Source: Mobula hypostoma (lineage: Eukaryota). Taken from it: a stretch of 64,000 nucleotides of DNA. The stretch is from positions 98,892,001 to 98,956,000 of the forward strand of contig NC_086108.1 of assembly GCF_963921235.1 (NCBI RefSeq). The letters run 5' to 3'. The notes under the pieces are model-generated. The model was not told the origin of the DNA. It did no database searches and saw only the letters and a program-made list of their open reading frames with translations. Shown here in pieces: positions 53,058-64,000 of the stretch (position 1 is its first letter; each line of letters begins with the position of its first letter). The translations under genes and the position numbers were made by a program.

Positions 53058-53892
53058 CAGGGGTCCCCAACTTATTTTGCACCGTGGACCGGTTTAATAT
53101 TGACAATATTCTTGCGGATCGGCTGACCGGGGGCGGGGAGAGGTGTTCAAGTAGGGTTAAACTCACCTCAACATGTCTTTTACAGTTAGGGTTGCTAACT
53201 TCCTCACTCCCAAATAAGGGGCAAAAGTAGCAGTCAAATCCTGACGAAGGGTCGGCCTAAAACGTTGACTGTACCTCTTCCTATAGATGCTGCCTGGTCT
53301 GCTGCGTTCACCAGCATTTTGTGTGTGTGTTGACGCGACACTTATGTTTACACCGAGAAAGACTACCATGACCATGAAGCCTTGCGCAGGCACCTGTGCG
53401 CGCCTGTGTGACGTGCACGTACGTGCCCTTTTTTTTCTCCACAAATCGGTTTTGGCTTAATCTTCCCAACTACGCTGTACATACATTATTTCTACTTTAT
53501 ATAGGCTGTGTATTTATCATATCATTCCTGCTTTTACTATATGTTAGTGTTATTTTAAGTTTTATGTGTTATTTGGTATGATTTGATAGGTTTTTTGGGA
53601 TCTGGGAACGCTCAAAAATTGTTCCCATATAAATTAATGGTAATTGTTTCTTCGCTTTACACCATTTCAGCACGAAAGGTTTCATAGGAACACTCTACCT
53701 TAGCGGGGGAAAATACGGGACAAGGGCAGTTCCGTATGGGACAAACCAATTTAGCTCAATATACAGGACGTCCTGGCAAATATGGGACAGTTGGCAACCC
53801 TATGTTCAAGTTCAACAGTGCGTGTCAGGGAATGAGGAAAGATGCAGCTGACTCATATGGTTTCCTCGCGGCCCGGTGGTTGGGGACCGCTG
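53058..53892. mobile_element. Composite non-autonomous hAT element
   Basis: 8-bp TSD tcatacag (53050-53057, 53893-53900) and TIRs caggggtccccaac / gttggggaccgctg. An inner element at 53152-53802 has its own 8-bp TSD tgttcaag. Confidence 0.88.
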
Positions 53893-54686
53893 TCATACAG
53901 CATATCGTTCATTCCTCATTGACCTTTGCTGTATTTCCTCTCAAGCATATTTTTCTTAATCAATCTTTAGGATTTAGGATGACTTATTTCAACTTCAGAT
54001 TTGTAGGTTCTGAGATTGTTAATAACGTTAAAGTGGGAGGCGCCAACACTTTGACAGATGGAGAAGACATTGATAAATTCCTCAGGCAGTACAGTAGATT
54101 GAGGTAAACCACTGCTTATTCCACTTCCCATTTGCACAGAGAATCCAAGATTCAAAATTCAAAAAACTTTATTGTCATTCTAACCATACATCAGCTCTGC
54201 AGGGCAGAATGAGACAGCATTTCTCAGGGGCAGTGCAATCATAACGTAACAAACGCAACACTAAATAATAAACATAACAATCAATCCTAGGAGTCAGTGG
54301 AGATATCGCAAGCACAAGAGATTCTGCAGATGCTGGAAATCTTAAGTTACACACACCAAATGCAGGAGATACACAGCAGGACAGGCAGCATCTATGGAGA
54401 GGAATAAACATTTTACATTTTGGGTCGAGATCCTCCATCAGGACTGAGTGGAGATTTTGCACTTTTTCACAGGGGCTTGTGCGGATCCTTGAATGTTTCA
54501 TTACCACATAAACCCCTCCCTATGTATCTGTTTCAGAAGTCTTGTATCCAGTATGTGAACAACATTGCCAGCCCAACATCATCAATCTTCAGGCTCACTG
54601 TCTTCTCTAACCACACTTTCACAAGTGCAATTGTGATGTCACTGTTTCAGGTATAAAGCATAACTGATATGCAGTATTTCACATTA

Positions 54687-56285
54687 CAGGTTTCCCCCGC
54701 CATCCGAAGGTAGAGCGTTCCTATGAAACGGTTCGTAAGCTGGAATGTCGTAAAGTGAAGAAGCAATTACCATTTATTTATATGGGGAAAAATTTGTGAG
54801 TTTTCGCAGACCCGAAAATAACCTACCAAATCATGCTAAATAACACATAAAACCTAAAATAACAGTAACATGTAGTAAAAGCAGGAATGATATGATAAAT
54901 ACACAGACTATATAAAGTAAAAATACTTCTCTACAACCATTGTCTGCACTGTTCTCTGTAGCGAAAATCTCATGCAAGCGCTTTCGGCAGAAACATGGCG
55001 CAAGCGCTCTCCAGTACCCTTTAAGCTATTAAGCTGCCAAATCATACTAAATAACGCATAAAAATACACAGTCTATATAAAGTAGAAATAATGTATGTAC
55101 AGTGTAGTATCACTTACCGGAATCGAGAAGTCAGCGTCGAGCACACTGATGAAGGTGTGTTAGGCTGAGTCATTGGAGGTTGGGGTGGTGCATTGGTCAC
55201 CACCCTCCGGGCAGCAAACCGATACCGATCCGCGAAAAATGCAGCGGTCCAGCAGTGGCCGGGATGCACCCAGCACATCTTTCAGAAAAAGGCCGAAATA
55301 AACAAGCTAATTAATTAGGTGCCGCCCAGCATGTAAATGTCGGCCCAGATCAGAGGCGATTGCCGATTGCGTCGCCTCTGATCTGGGCCGACACCTAATT
55401 AATTAGCTTGTTTATTTCGGCTTTTTTCTTAAAGATGTGCTGGGTGCGTCCCGGCTACCGCTGCATTCTCCACGAATCGGTATCTGTCCGCTGCCCGGGG
55501 GTTGGGGTGGTGGGATACATCTCATCATCGATCAGGGCAGGCAGATCATCTTCTTCTTCTATGTCTGCCTGCCTTGATATTGAAGGTCGAGGCTGATGTG
55601 GAAGGCTTGAAAAAAGACAGTATGCTTGACTGCTAGCCTCGCGCATTTTTCTATCATACAGTTCTTTGTAAACACTCAAACCATCTTGCCAATATGCCCT
55701 AAACCAACGTACCCTTTCAAAATTAAAGTCATACTTTATCATTGCAGCGAAAATCTCACGCAGTTGCTTCACGTTCAGTTCCTGGACGACTTCACTTTCG
55801 GTCCGTTCCCTACTGCATTCGGTTTTGACTATTATCCTTTCCTCTACCAATTGCATCAGCTCTTCATCTATCAGTTCTTGGTCATGGGATGCCAAAACCT
55901 CTTCAACATCATCTTTGTCAACTTCCACAAGCCAAACTCACTTTGTCCTTGCTTCATTCACCACAATTGATACCCTTAATTATGTCCAGTGTAACACCTT
56001 TATGAGCTCTTTTAGGCTTTTCCGATACCTTAGAACTCATCTTGCTAATGGCTGCTCACAGGCACATGTTTAAGCAATACCAGCTAGAATGCCGTTCCAA
56101 ATCCGGGGGAGAGTGGTTGGTCAGGGCGCGCACTGCTTTTTTCTTGCGCGCTGCCTTTTATCGCGCACTGCCTTTTTTTTGTAACAGTGAGAACACCTTC
56201 TGTTAGTGAAAACAGGTAAGTAATGTAGGTCTTTCATAACAGTGAGGTTTGGTAAACCAAGCGTTCGAAAAGCCGGGGACACCTG
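54687..56285 (-). mobile_element. Tigger (pogo-family) deletion derivative
   Basis: TA TSDs and termini caggtttcccc / ggggacacctg. Transposase C-terminal remnant 'EVDKDDVEEVLASHDQELIDEELMQL' (55455-55928, minus). Confidence 0.82.
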
Positions 56286-57974
56286 TAATAGATATGCTAG
56301 TTTTAATTTCAAAATATATTGCATTTGATTTACAAAGAGAAACAAGTAGATGAAATATCTGGGTTGACTAAAGGCAAACAGATTCTGATGTAGGCAACAC
56401 AAACGAGACCTCAGCCCAAAACTTCAACTGTTTACTCTTTCCATAGATGCTGCCTGACCTGCTTGAGTTCCTTCAGCATTTTGTGTGTGTCGTTCTAATG
56501 CGGGCAAAGATGGAGTCTTGAGAATTAGTGCCTATGAAACTGAAACTTGGGGAGAGTTGTTTAGTGTGCATCAACAATGTAATTAGGTGGAGTTTTTGAT
56601 CTTATGATAGCAGTTACAATAGCAGCTACACCCCAGTTATTCCAGTCACCAGGAAGAGGCAACACTTCCAGCAGATTGTAACAGACATTTGCAAAAGTGC
56701 TCGTGATAATGGCAGTATGGAAGAGGAAGTGATAACAATCGGTGAAGGGTGACCAATCCATTGGGACACAGTGAGTGGAACGTGGGTGCACAGTGGGTAA
56801 AACGTTTAAACTGTTTGCGTCCACATGCACAAATACCCGAATACCAGTGAGACAGTTTTCTGATGGATGAGGGCAGTGGAATACAGAGCCATAAGAATTA
56901 TCATTTAGTGAGCCGGATGCTGAGCAACCCAATTGTGGTTTATCAGAATTTTCTGCATTTGTTTAATTCATCTGCTACTTCCTTGATCCACATTATAAAT
57001 TATCTGGAAGGTGTCCCTTACTAGCTTTTTCTTGTTTATGTATCTACTGTAGTTATGTCTTCTTTAATTCTTCTCATCTGTTTGCTCCTATATTCTGTTT
57101 CAATTTCGTTGGTTATCCTAAACAAAATTCTAAAATATTCCCAATCCTCAGGTTTTTTCCTGGCAACATTTTTGTCAGGTACAATACCAACTTTCCTTCC
57201 CCTTATAATCCAATCTCTTTGCACCCTAAAAGGATGCATAGTTATTGCAAATCATGCTTCATTTCTCCAAATGCGTGCCACTACCCGTCCACTGACACAC
57301 TACAATCTAGTTTCCAAATTTACCACTGCCAACCTACCTCCAATTCCTTCCTTGAGTCCAAACCATTATAATTTTTAAATTAAATGTAAAATGCAATCAT
57401 ATTGTAATCCTTTTTAAAATCTCTTTACAATAGGTCTCTTAATTAATTCTCACTCGTTACACAACACTAGATCTGAAAGAGACTGATGACTAACAGGTTC
57501 CTCAATGTACTGTTTTAGAAATTCACCTTATATACAGGTACCTTCATCTTCAACATCTTTTGATCGTCTCATCAGCTTTGCCCAGTCTAAAGTTTCCCAT
57601 GATTACTATATCTACTATTACATTCCTCTTTAATTTCCTTTTTTATAATACAGTATATATCTATTATTCCAAAACTTATAGTAAACTCCCACCAAATGTT
57701 TGAGACACAGACTGCAGATCCAGGAATCTGGAGAAAAAGAAACTGGGAAAAAACTCAAAGCAGCATTTGAGGAAAAGGAAATGTTGACATTTTGTACCTT
57801 CAAACTGAAACATTAACTAGGTCTCTTTTTCAGCTGCGCTTAACCTGCCGAGTATTTCCAGCACTTAATCTGATTTTCGCCTCTGACCTCTATTGATCTG
57901 AATTCAACACCACAATTTGCAAGCCAAGAACGTTTTTTACTACTATTCAAATGATATCCTTTCTTTTTCAAATG

Positions 57975-59070
57975 ATACTCCCATTTGGATAAGCAGGGCA
58001 GCACTGTGAGGATCCTGTTTTTTTGATTTCTCAAGTGCCTTCAATATCATACAGCCCTCATTGCTGGAAGAAAAGCCCCATTCAATGCACACTGGTGTTT
58101 CCATTGTATCACAGATAATGGACTACCTGATTGGCAGACCACAATATGTGTGGCTTCGAAGTTGTGTGTCAGACATGGCTATAAGCAGCACTGGGACCTC
58201 ACAGCAGACTTTATTGGCTCCCTTCCTGTTTACCCTGTATACCTTGGACTTTAGATACACTGAGTCATGTCACCTGCAGAAATTCTCTGATGACTCAGCA
58301 GTAGTTGAGTGTATAAAGGGAGGTCGGGAGGATGAACACAGGGCTCTGGTGGAGGACTTTGTCAAATAGTGCAAGCTGAATCATTTGCAGCTCAACATTA
58401 GTAAGACAAAGGAGATGGTGATAGACTTTAGGAAGACTAAGCCTACATTGCTCCCTACTACTATTGATGGTGAGGACATAGCTGTGGTGAGGACCTATAA
58501 GTACCTGGGAATACACCTGGATGATATACTTGCATGGAGCACCAACACAGAGGCTGTGTACAAGAAGGGCCAGAGTGGCCTCTACTTCCTGAGGAGACTG
58601 AGGTTCTTTGGAGTATGCTCCACCAGTCAGTTGTCAGCAGTACAATCTTCTATGCAGTGGTGTGTTGGGGCAATAACATCAACATAGGTGATGCCAACAG
58701 GTTCAATAAACTAATTAGAAAAGCTGGCTCTGTTATAGAAGTCAAGCTGGACACAGTGGGGGTTGTGATAGAATGAAGGACCCTATGGAAACTCCTGGCA
58801 ATTCTGGACAATTCTGCTTGCCACCTTGACTGAACAGAGGAGCACTTTCAGTAATAGACTAAGACAACTGAGCTGCTCCAAAGAGCGCCATATGGGGTCA
58901 TTCTTACCCTCGGCCATCAGGCTCTATAATGAGTCAACCTATGGTCGGGGAAGTGATGACCCCCCCCCCCCCACATTAGACTGTCTGTGGTAATGTATTT
59001 TTTATTCTTTCTACTTGTAATGTTACTGTGACACTGTAATTTCCTTTGGGATCAATTAAGTATCTACCTA
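57975..59070 (+). mobile_element. Older Rex1/Babar LINE fragment
   Basis: 'LAPFLFTLYT.DF...LQKFSDDS...LNISKTKEMVIDF...YKYLG' and the 3' end. Confidence 0.82.
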
Positions 59071-59444
59071 CAGTGCCCATCTTTCCTAATTCACAAGTTA
59101 GCTGAAATATTTAGTTTCCAACTTCGGCCATGTTTCACTCCAGGCAATTATTTCCATTTATACATGAATCACGAGTAGCAGTTAGTAACTAGCCCTTCAA
59201 ATCTGTTCTGCTATTTAGAATCAGAATCACTTTATTGCCAGTATGTGAAACATACTAGAATTGATTGTGGTTTGGTGCCAAGCATGAAACACAGGACAAT
59301 ACCATAACAGATAACGCAACAGCAACCAACAACTTACAAGACAATAGTGTAAACAGTCATGAGCTATCAACAATTATCAACTAACATGCCCCAACTTCAA
59401 TAATCAAACTTAAATAAATGTGAAAATATGAACAGACTAAACAA

Positions 59445-60189
59445 CACTGGACCACAAACATTTTGCTTCCTGAATACCTTTGGGTATATCTTATGGATTT
59501 TGGGATGCTGACCATGAAAATCACCTTGAAATTTTACTATCACACTTTTTTTTGAAATCGCCTAAATTTGTTATTTCAATTCATAATTCAAGTCAGAATA
59601 ATAGATGCCAAGATTAAGGAAGGCATTTTTGTTGGTCCACAAATCAAACAGGTCATCAATGACAGGCAATTCAAAGAACTTCTAGTGAGACCACAGAAAA
59701 TAGCATGGAAGGTATCAAGGATGTTGTTGAAAATTGCCTTGCAACTACAGAGCATCAAACTACGCACAACTGGACAACATGCTTCAAGCATACAAAACCA
59801 TGAGGGGCAACATATCACTAACGATTCATTTTCTGCATTCTCATTTAGACTTCTTCCCCGCAAATCTTGGTGCTGTCAATGATGATCATTGTGGTAATGG
59901 AGAAATGGTATTAAGGCAACTGGAGTCCATTAATGCCGGCTGATTATTGTTGTGTTTAAATAAGAAGCTTCGGACACTGAGCACAAATGAAAATCACCAA
60001 CGAAGCATTTTTAGTTTAGATGAACTATTACAAAGTGTCAGCACCATTATTCAATAAAAGTTGTTTTTTTTTGTTTCTCCGAATTCCTATGTGATACAAG
60101 TAGTCTGAAATAATATTTATGTTCAGTTTCCATCATATAAAAAAATTCTGAGGAAGCAACACTTATGAAAAAAAAATTGTTGCCCAGTG
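59445..60189 (+). mobile_element. Chapaev3-like (CMC) DNA transposon deletion derivative
   Basis: CACTGG...CCAGTG termini with 3-bp flanks caa/taa. Transposase remnants 'DAKIKEGIFVGPQIK' and 'IHFLHSHLDFFPANLGAVND'. The superfamily assignment is from recalled motifs. Confidence 0.6.
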
Positions 60190-60719
60190 TAATTATCAAC
60201 AGAACAAGGAGAGCAGGAAAGACCATTTAACAATGTTGTACAGGGACAGTCAGGGTATACACTTGAGTGAGTTTTGTTGAGAAGCTGGAATTACAGGAAA
60301 GAAACTTTGGAGATAATCTGTAGTCCTAGTGGTGATGGATCAATGTCAATTGATGGCTATTTGGTGAAAAGGTGACTGCTAGGGTGGCTGCAGTTAGCAG
60401 TAATTTTCTCAGCCAATGTTCTCTGCTGAGAGGACCACTCGTTGCAAATGGAACTTGGGAGAAGTAGGTGGTGGTGGGAGACCAAACGGTGAAAGAAGTG
60501 GTCACAACACTCAATGATGGCCGAGTAAAAATTAATCAGAATACACTCTGCGAGTTTCCCATGCTGGTGTAGGAAGAACAATCTTTGCCTGGCTTTCCTA
60601 GAGATGAGCGTAACGTGCTTATTCAATATATTGGTAATGGTTGTTCCCTAGGAATATGAATTTCTCAACCACAGGCACAGCCTGACCACTGATTTCTCGG
60701 GGGGGGGGGCAGGTAGGAA

Positions 60720-61600
60720 GTCAGAGATAATTTTATAAGATCCTGTCTGATCTGACTACAACCTCAACTGTGCATTCCGCATTCCCAACTACCTACAGCA
60801 ATATTCCACTCCCCTACTCATCACAAAATCTATCTACTTACCTCTGCCTTAAGAATATCTGAGTACTCTACACTTACTGCCCTTTGAGGAAGTTTCAAAG
60901 ATTCACATCTCTGAACGAGAACAAGGCTTCCTTATCTCTGGTTTTGGTGAGCTACCTCTTATTTTCAAACGGTAACACTTAGTTCCAGAATCATACACAA
61001 GAGGAAGCATCCTTTCTATGTCCACTTGTCAAGGCCCAACAGAATCTTTTATTTCGGTCTTGCTGCCTCCCATTTTTCTATATTCCAGTAGATAAAAGCA
61101 CAGCCCACCCAGCCTTTCCTCACAAGACAAACTGTCCATTCCTATCTGATAAACCTCTGAACTGGTCCTTACACATTTTATTTCTTTCCTCAATTTAAAC
61201 CAATACAAGATACAGTATTCTCAATGTGGTTTGAACAGTGACCATATAACTGGAGGATAGTTTCATTCTGCAAACAACTCCCTGGCAATAACAATAACAT
61301 TCTGTTAAGCTTTCCCAATTTATCAGCACACTAGCCTTTTGTAAGCCATGTACTAGGACACCCAGATCACTCTGCTTCCTAGAGTTCTGTGATCGCTGAT
61401 AATTTAGATAAAATATTTATTTCCCTATTATAAAGGACAAACCCACATAAATTCCATCCGCCAGATCTTTTACACATCATCTTATCTTCATTCTTTTGCA
61501 GCCTCTTTATGTCCACTTCATAACATCCCGCCTATCTTTGTCATCAATAAATTTAGCAACCACACCTTTGGTTCCTTTCCTCCCCCAAGTTATCTATAAA
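60720..61600 (-). mobile_element. Highly decayed CR1 fragment
   Basis: Residual CR1 ORF2-tail similarity on the minus strand. Confidence 0.5.
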
Positions 61601-61899
61601 AATTATAAATTAATGCCTCAGGGCCAATCCATACTGCACATCATAGGCTACATCTTGGCAAGCAGTGAAAAACCCATTTTATGTCTACTCTTTCTGCTAG
61701 ATGGTCTATCAACTATTCACATTATGTTATTTCCTACCTTACAAGTTTTTTTAAAATCTTCCATAATATTGAATTGACTTTATTTCTACATCCTTCACAT
61801 ACACGAGTAAAAATCTTTACATTACGTCTCCATTTAAATGTGCAATGTGCAATCATGATAATTTATAATAAGTAGTACAATGTAATATAGAAATACACT

Positions 61900-62925
61900 T
61901 AGATCAGTGCGAGTTAATTAGTCTGATGGCCTGGTGGAAGAAGCTGTCCCGGAGCCTGTTGGTCCTGGCTTTTATGCTGTGGTACCATTCCCGGATGGGA
62001 GCAGCTAGAATAGATTGTGGTTGGGATGACTCGGGTCCCCAATGATCCTATGGGTCCTTTTTACACATCTGTCTTTGTAAATGTCCTGAATCATGGGAAG
62101 TTCACAACTACAGATATGCTGGGCTGTTTGCACCACTCTCTGCAGAGTCCTGCAATTACGGGAGTGATACAGCCAGTCAGGATGCTCTCAATAGTGCCCC
62201 TGTAGAAAGTTCTTAGGATTTGGGGGTCCATTCCAAACTTCTCAACCATCTAAGGTGAGAGAGGCGCTGTTGTGCCTTTTTCACCACACAGCTGGTCTGT
62301 ACAGACCACGTGAGGTCTTCAGTGATGTGGATGCCGAGGAACTTAAAACTGTTTACCCTCTCAACTCCAGATCCATTTATGTCAATAGGGGTTAGCCCAC
62401 CTCCATTCCTCCTGTAATCCACAACCAGCGCCTTTGTTTTTGCGACATTGAGGGAGAGGTTGTTTTCTTGACACCACTGTGTCAGAGAGATGACATCCTT
62501 CCTGTAGGCCACCTCATTATTGTTTGAGATTGGGCTTATCAATGTAGTGTCGTTGGCAAATTTAATTAGCAGATTAGAGCTGTGGGTGGCAACACAGTCA
62601 TGGGTATACAGGGAGTAAAGGAGGGGACAGTACACAGCCCTGAGGGGCTCTTGTTTTGAGAGTCAGAGGGGTGGAGGTGAGGGAGCCCACCCTTACCACC
62701 TGCCGGCGATCTGACAGTAAGTCTAGGATCCTGCTGCACAAGGCAGGGTGAAGGCTGAGGTCTCTGAGTTTCTTGTTGAGCCTGGATGGAACTATGGTGT
62801 CGAATGCTGAACTGTAGTCCAAGAACTGCATTCTTACATAAGCATCCTTCTTCTCCAGGTGTGTAAGGACGGTATGTAGAGCAGTGGCTATTGTGTCGTC
62901 TGTCAATCGCTTGTGTCGGTAGGCG
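61900..62925 (-). mobile_element. Rex1/L2-type LINE RT fragment
   Basis: 'YVRM.FLDYSSAFDTIVP...PQGCVLSPLLYSLYTHDC...KFANDT...LNVAKTK...FKFLGIHI'. Confidence 0.82.
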
Positions 62926-64000
62926 CCAATATAGCATCATATCAAGCATCTCAATGGTTCTCCCTTCTGATGAAGTGTTTCGGCCTGAAACTTCAACTGT
63001 TTATTTCTCTCCACCGATGCTGCCCGACTTGCTGAGTTTTACCAGCACTGTATGTATTCCTTGATATATCCAGCTACTGCAGAACCTCATGTTCCTGGCT
63101 CCTCTTTATCGAGAGCATGTCTCTTCTTCAAAGATCTCCAAATATATTGGTCAAGTACTATTTTCTTTTCATGAAACGATGTTGATTCTGCGTATGCTAC
63201 AATCATTTGTGTCATTTTGAGTGTTCATGCAACTAATAAGAAAGTCTAGGATTTTACATCATCTTTCACACTCCTTTCAGCATATTCAGAGGTGATTACT
63301 GCCAACAAAATATTTCTGAGAGGAGGCTATTATAGCAATATAGAAAATACGACAGTTAGTATGCACAATGCAAGTTCACAAAAATGGTATCATAATAATG
63401 ACAAGATGTAATAAATTGACTGAAGGATAAATATTGCCAAAGACTCTGAAGTTCAATTCCTACACTCCCTTGTGTCACGGGACCTTTTAGGTTCACTTGA
63501 GGAAGCAAATGGATTTTTGGCTTTCATATCTCATCCAAAAAACATTCGAGCCTGCAACTAACACTCAGTACAATGCTGGAAAATCACCCTGGATTCTGTG
63601 TGCAATTCTCATAACCAAAACTTGAACCCAAAATATTTTGACTTGAAAGCAACCAAAAACTAAGGAAGCTCCCTCCTCCGGCAACTATTTCACTCGGCAC
63701 TTTTCCTAAATTTTAAGCCAACTTGTAGAATTGATTCTGGTTCAGATTTAGATTTATTTATCGTATGTACATCAAAATGTAGAGCACCAGTTAAATTAAC
63801 AGCCAACACACCTAAGGATATGCTGGGGGCAGTCCAAAAGTATCACATTTCAGCAGCAAGCTAGCATGCCCACAATGACTACCACAACATAACAAGCCCC
63901 TTTCACTCACACACACAGTCCTCTTCTGATCTCCAACAGACATCAGGGCTCTGACCTCTAGAGAGGCTGAACCCAGGGACTTTGACCTTTGGGCTTCTAC

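Overview
This is AT-rich vertebrate intronic DNA. V-SINE/HE1-like SINEs, CR1 and Rex1 repeats suggest an elasmobranch, probably a ray (inference). The only clear host coding sequence is one minus-strand exon of PKN2 (17588-17885, HR1a domain, equivalent to human exon 2), so the rest of the window appears to be PKN2 introns 1 and 2. A candidate alternative first exon lies at 47478-47528. The standout feature is a young, nearly intact Penelope-like retroelement (Neptune type, RT + GIY-YIG, 9980-14642) with a 14-bp TSD. It has two direct pseudo-LTRs, an inverted 3' arm and three minimal type-I hammerhead ribozymes. About ten short hammerhead-bearing derivatives are scattered through the window, two of them with fold-back structure and 13-bp TSDs. 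Other repeats: three solo LTRs of one family with 4-bp TSDs, two Tc1 fossils, Tigger/pogo derivatives, a nested hAT composite, a Chapaev3-like fossil, and many CR1, Rex1/Babar, L1 and V-SINE fragments. All calls come from reading the sequence; no database searches were run.
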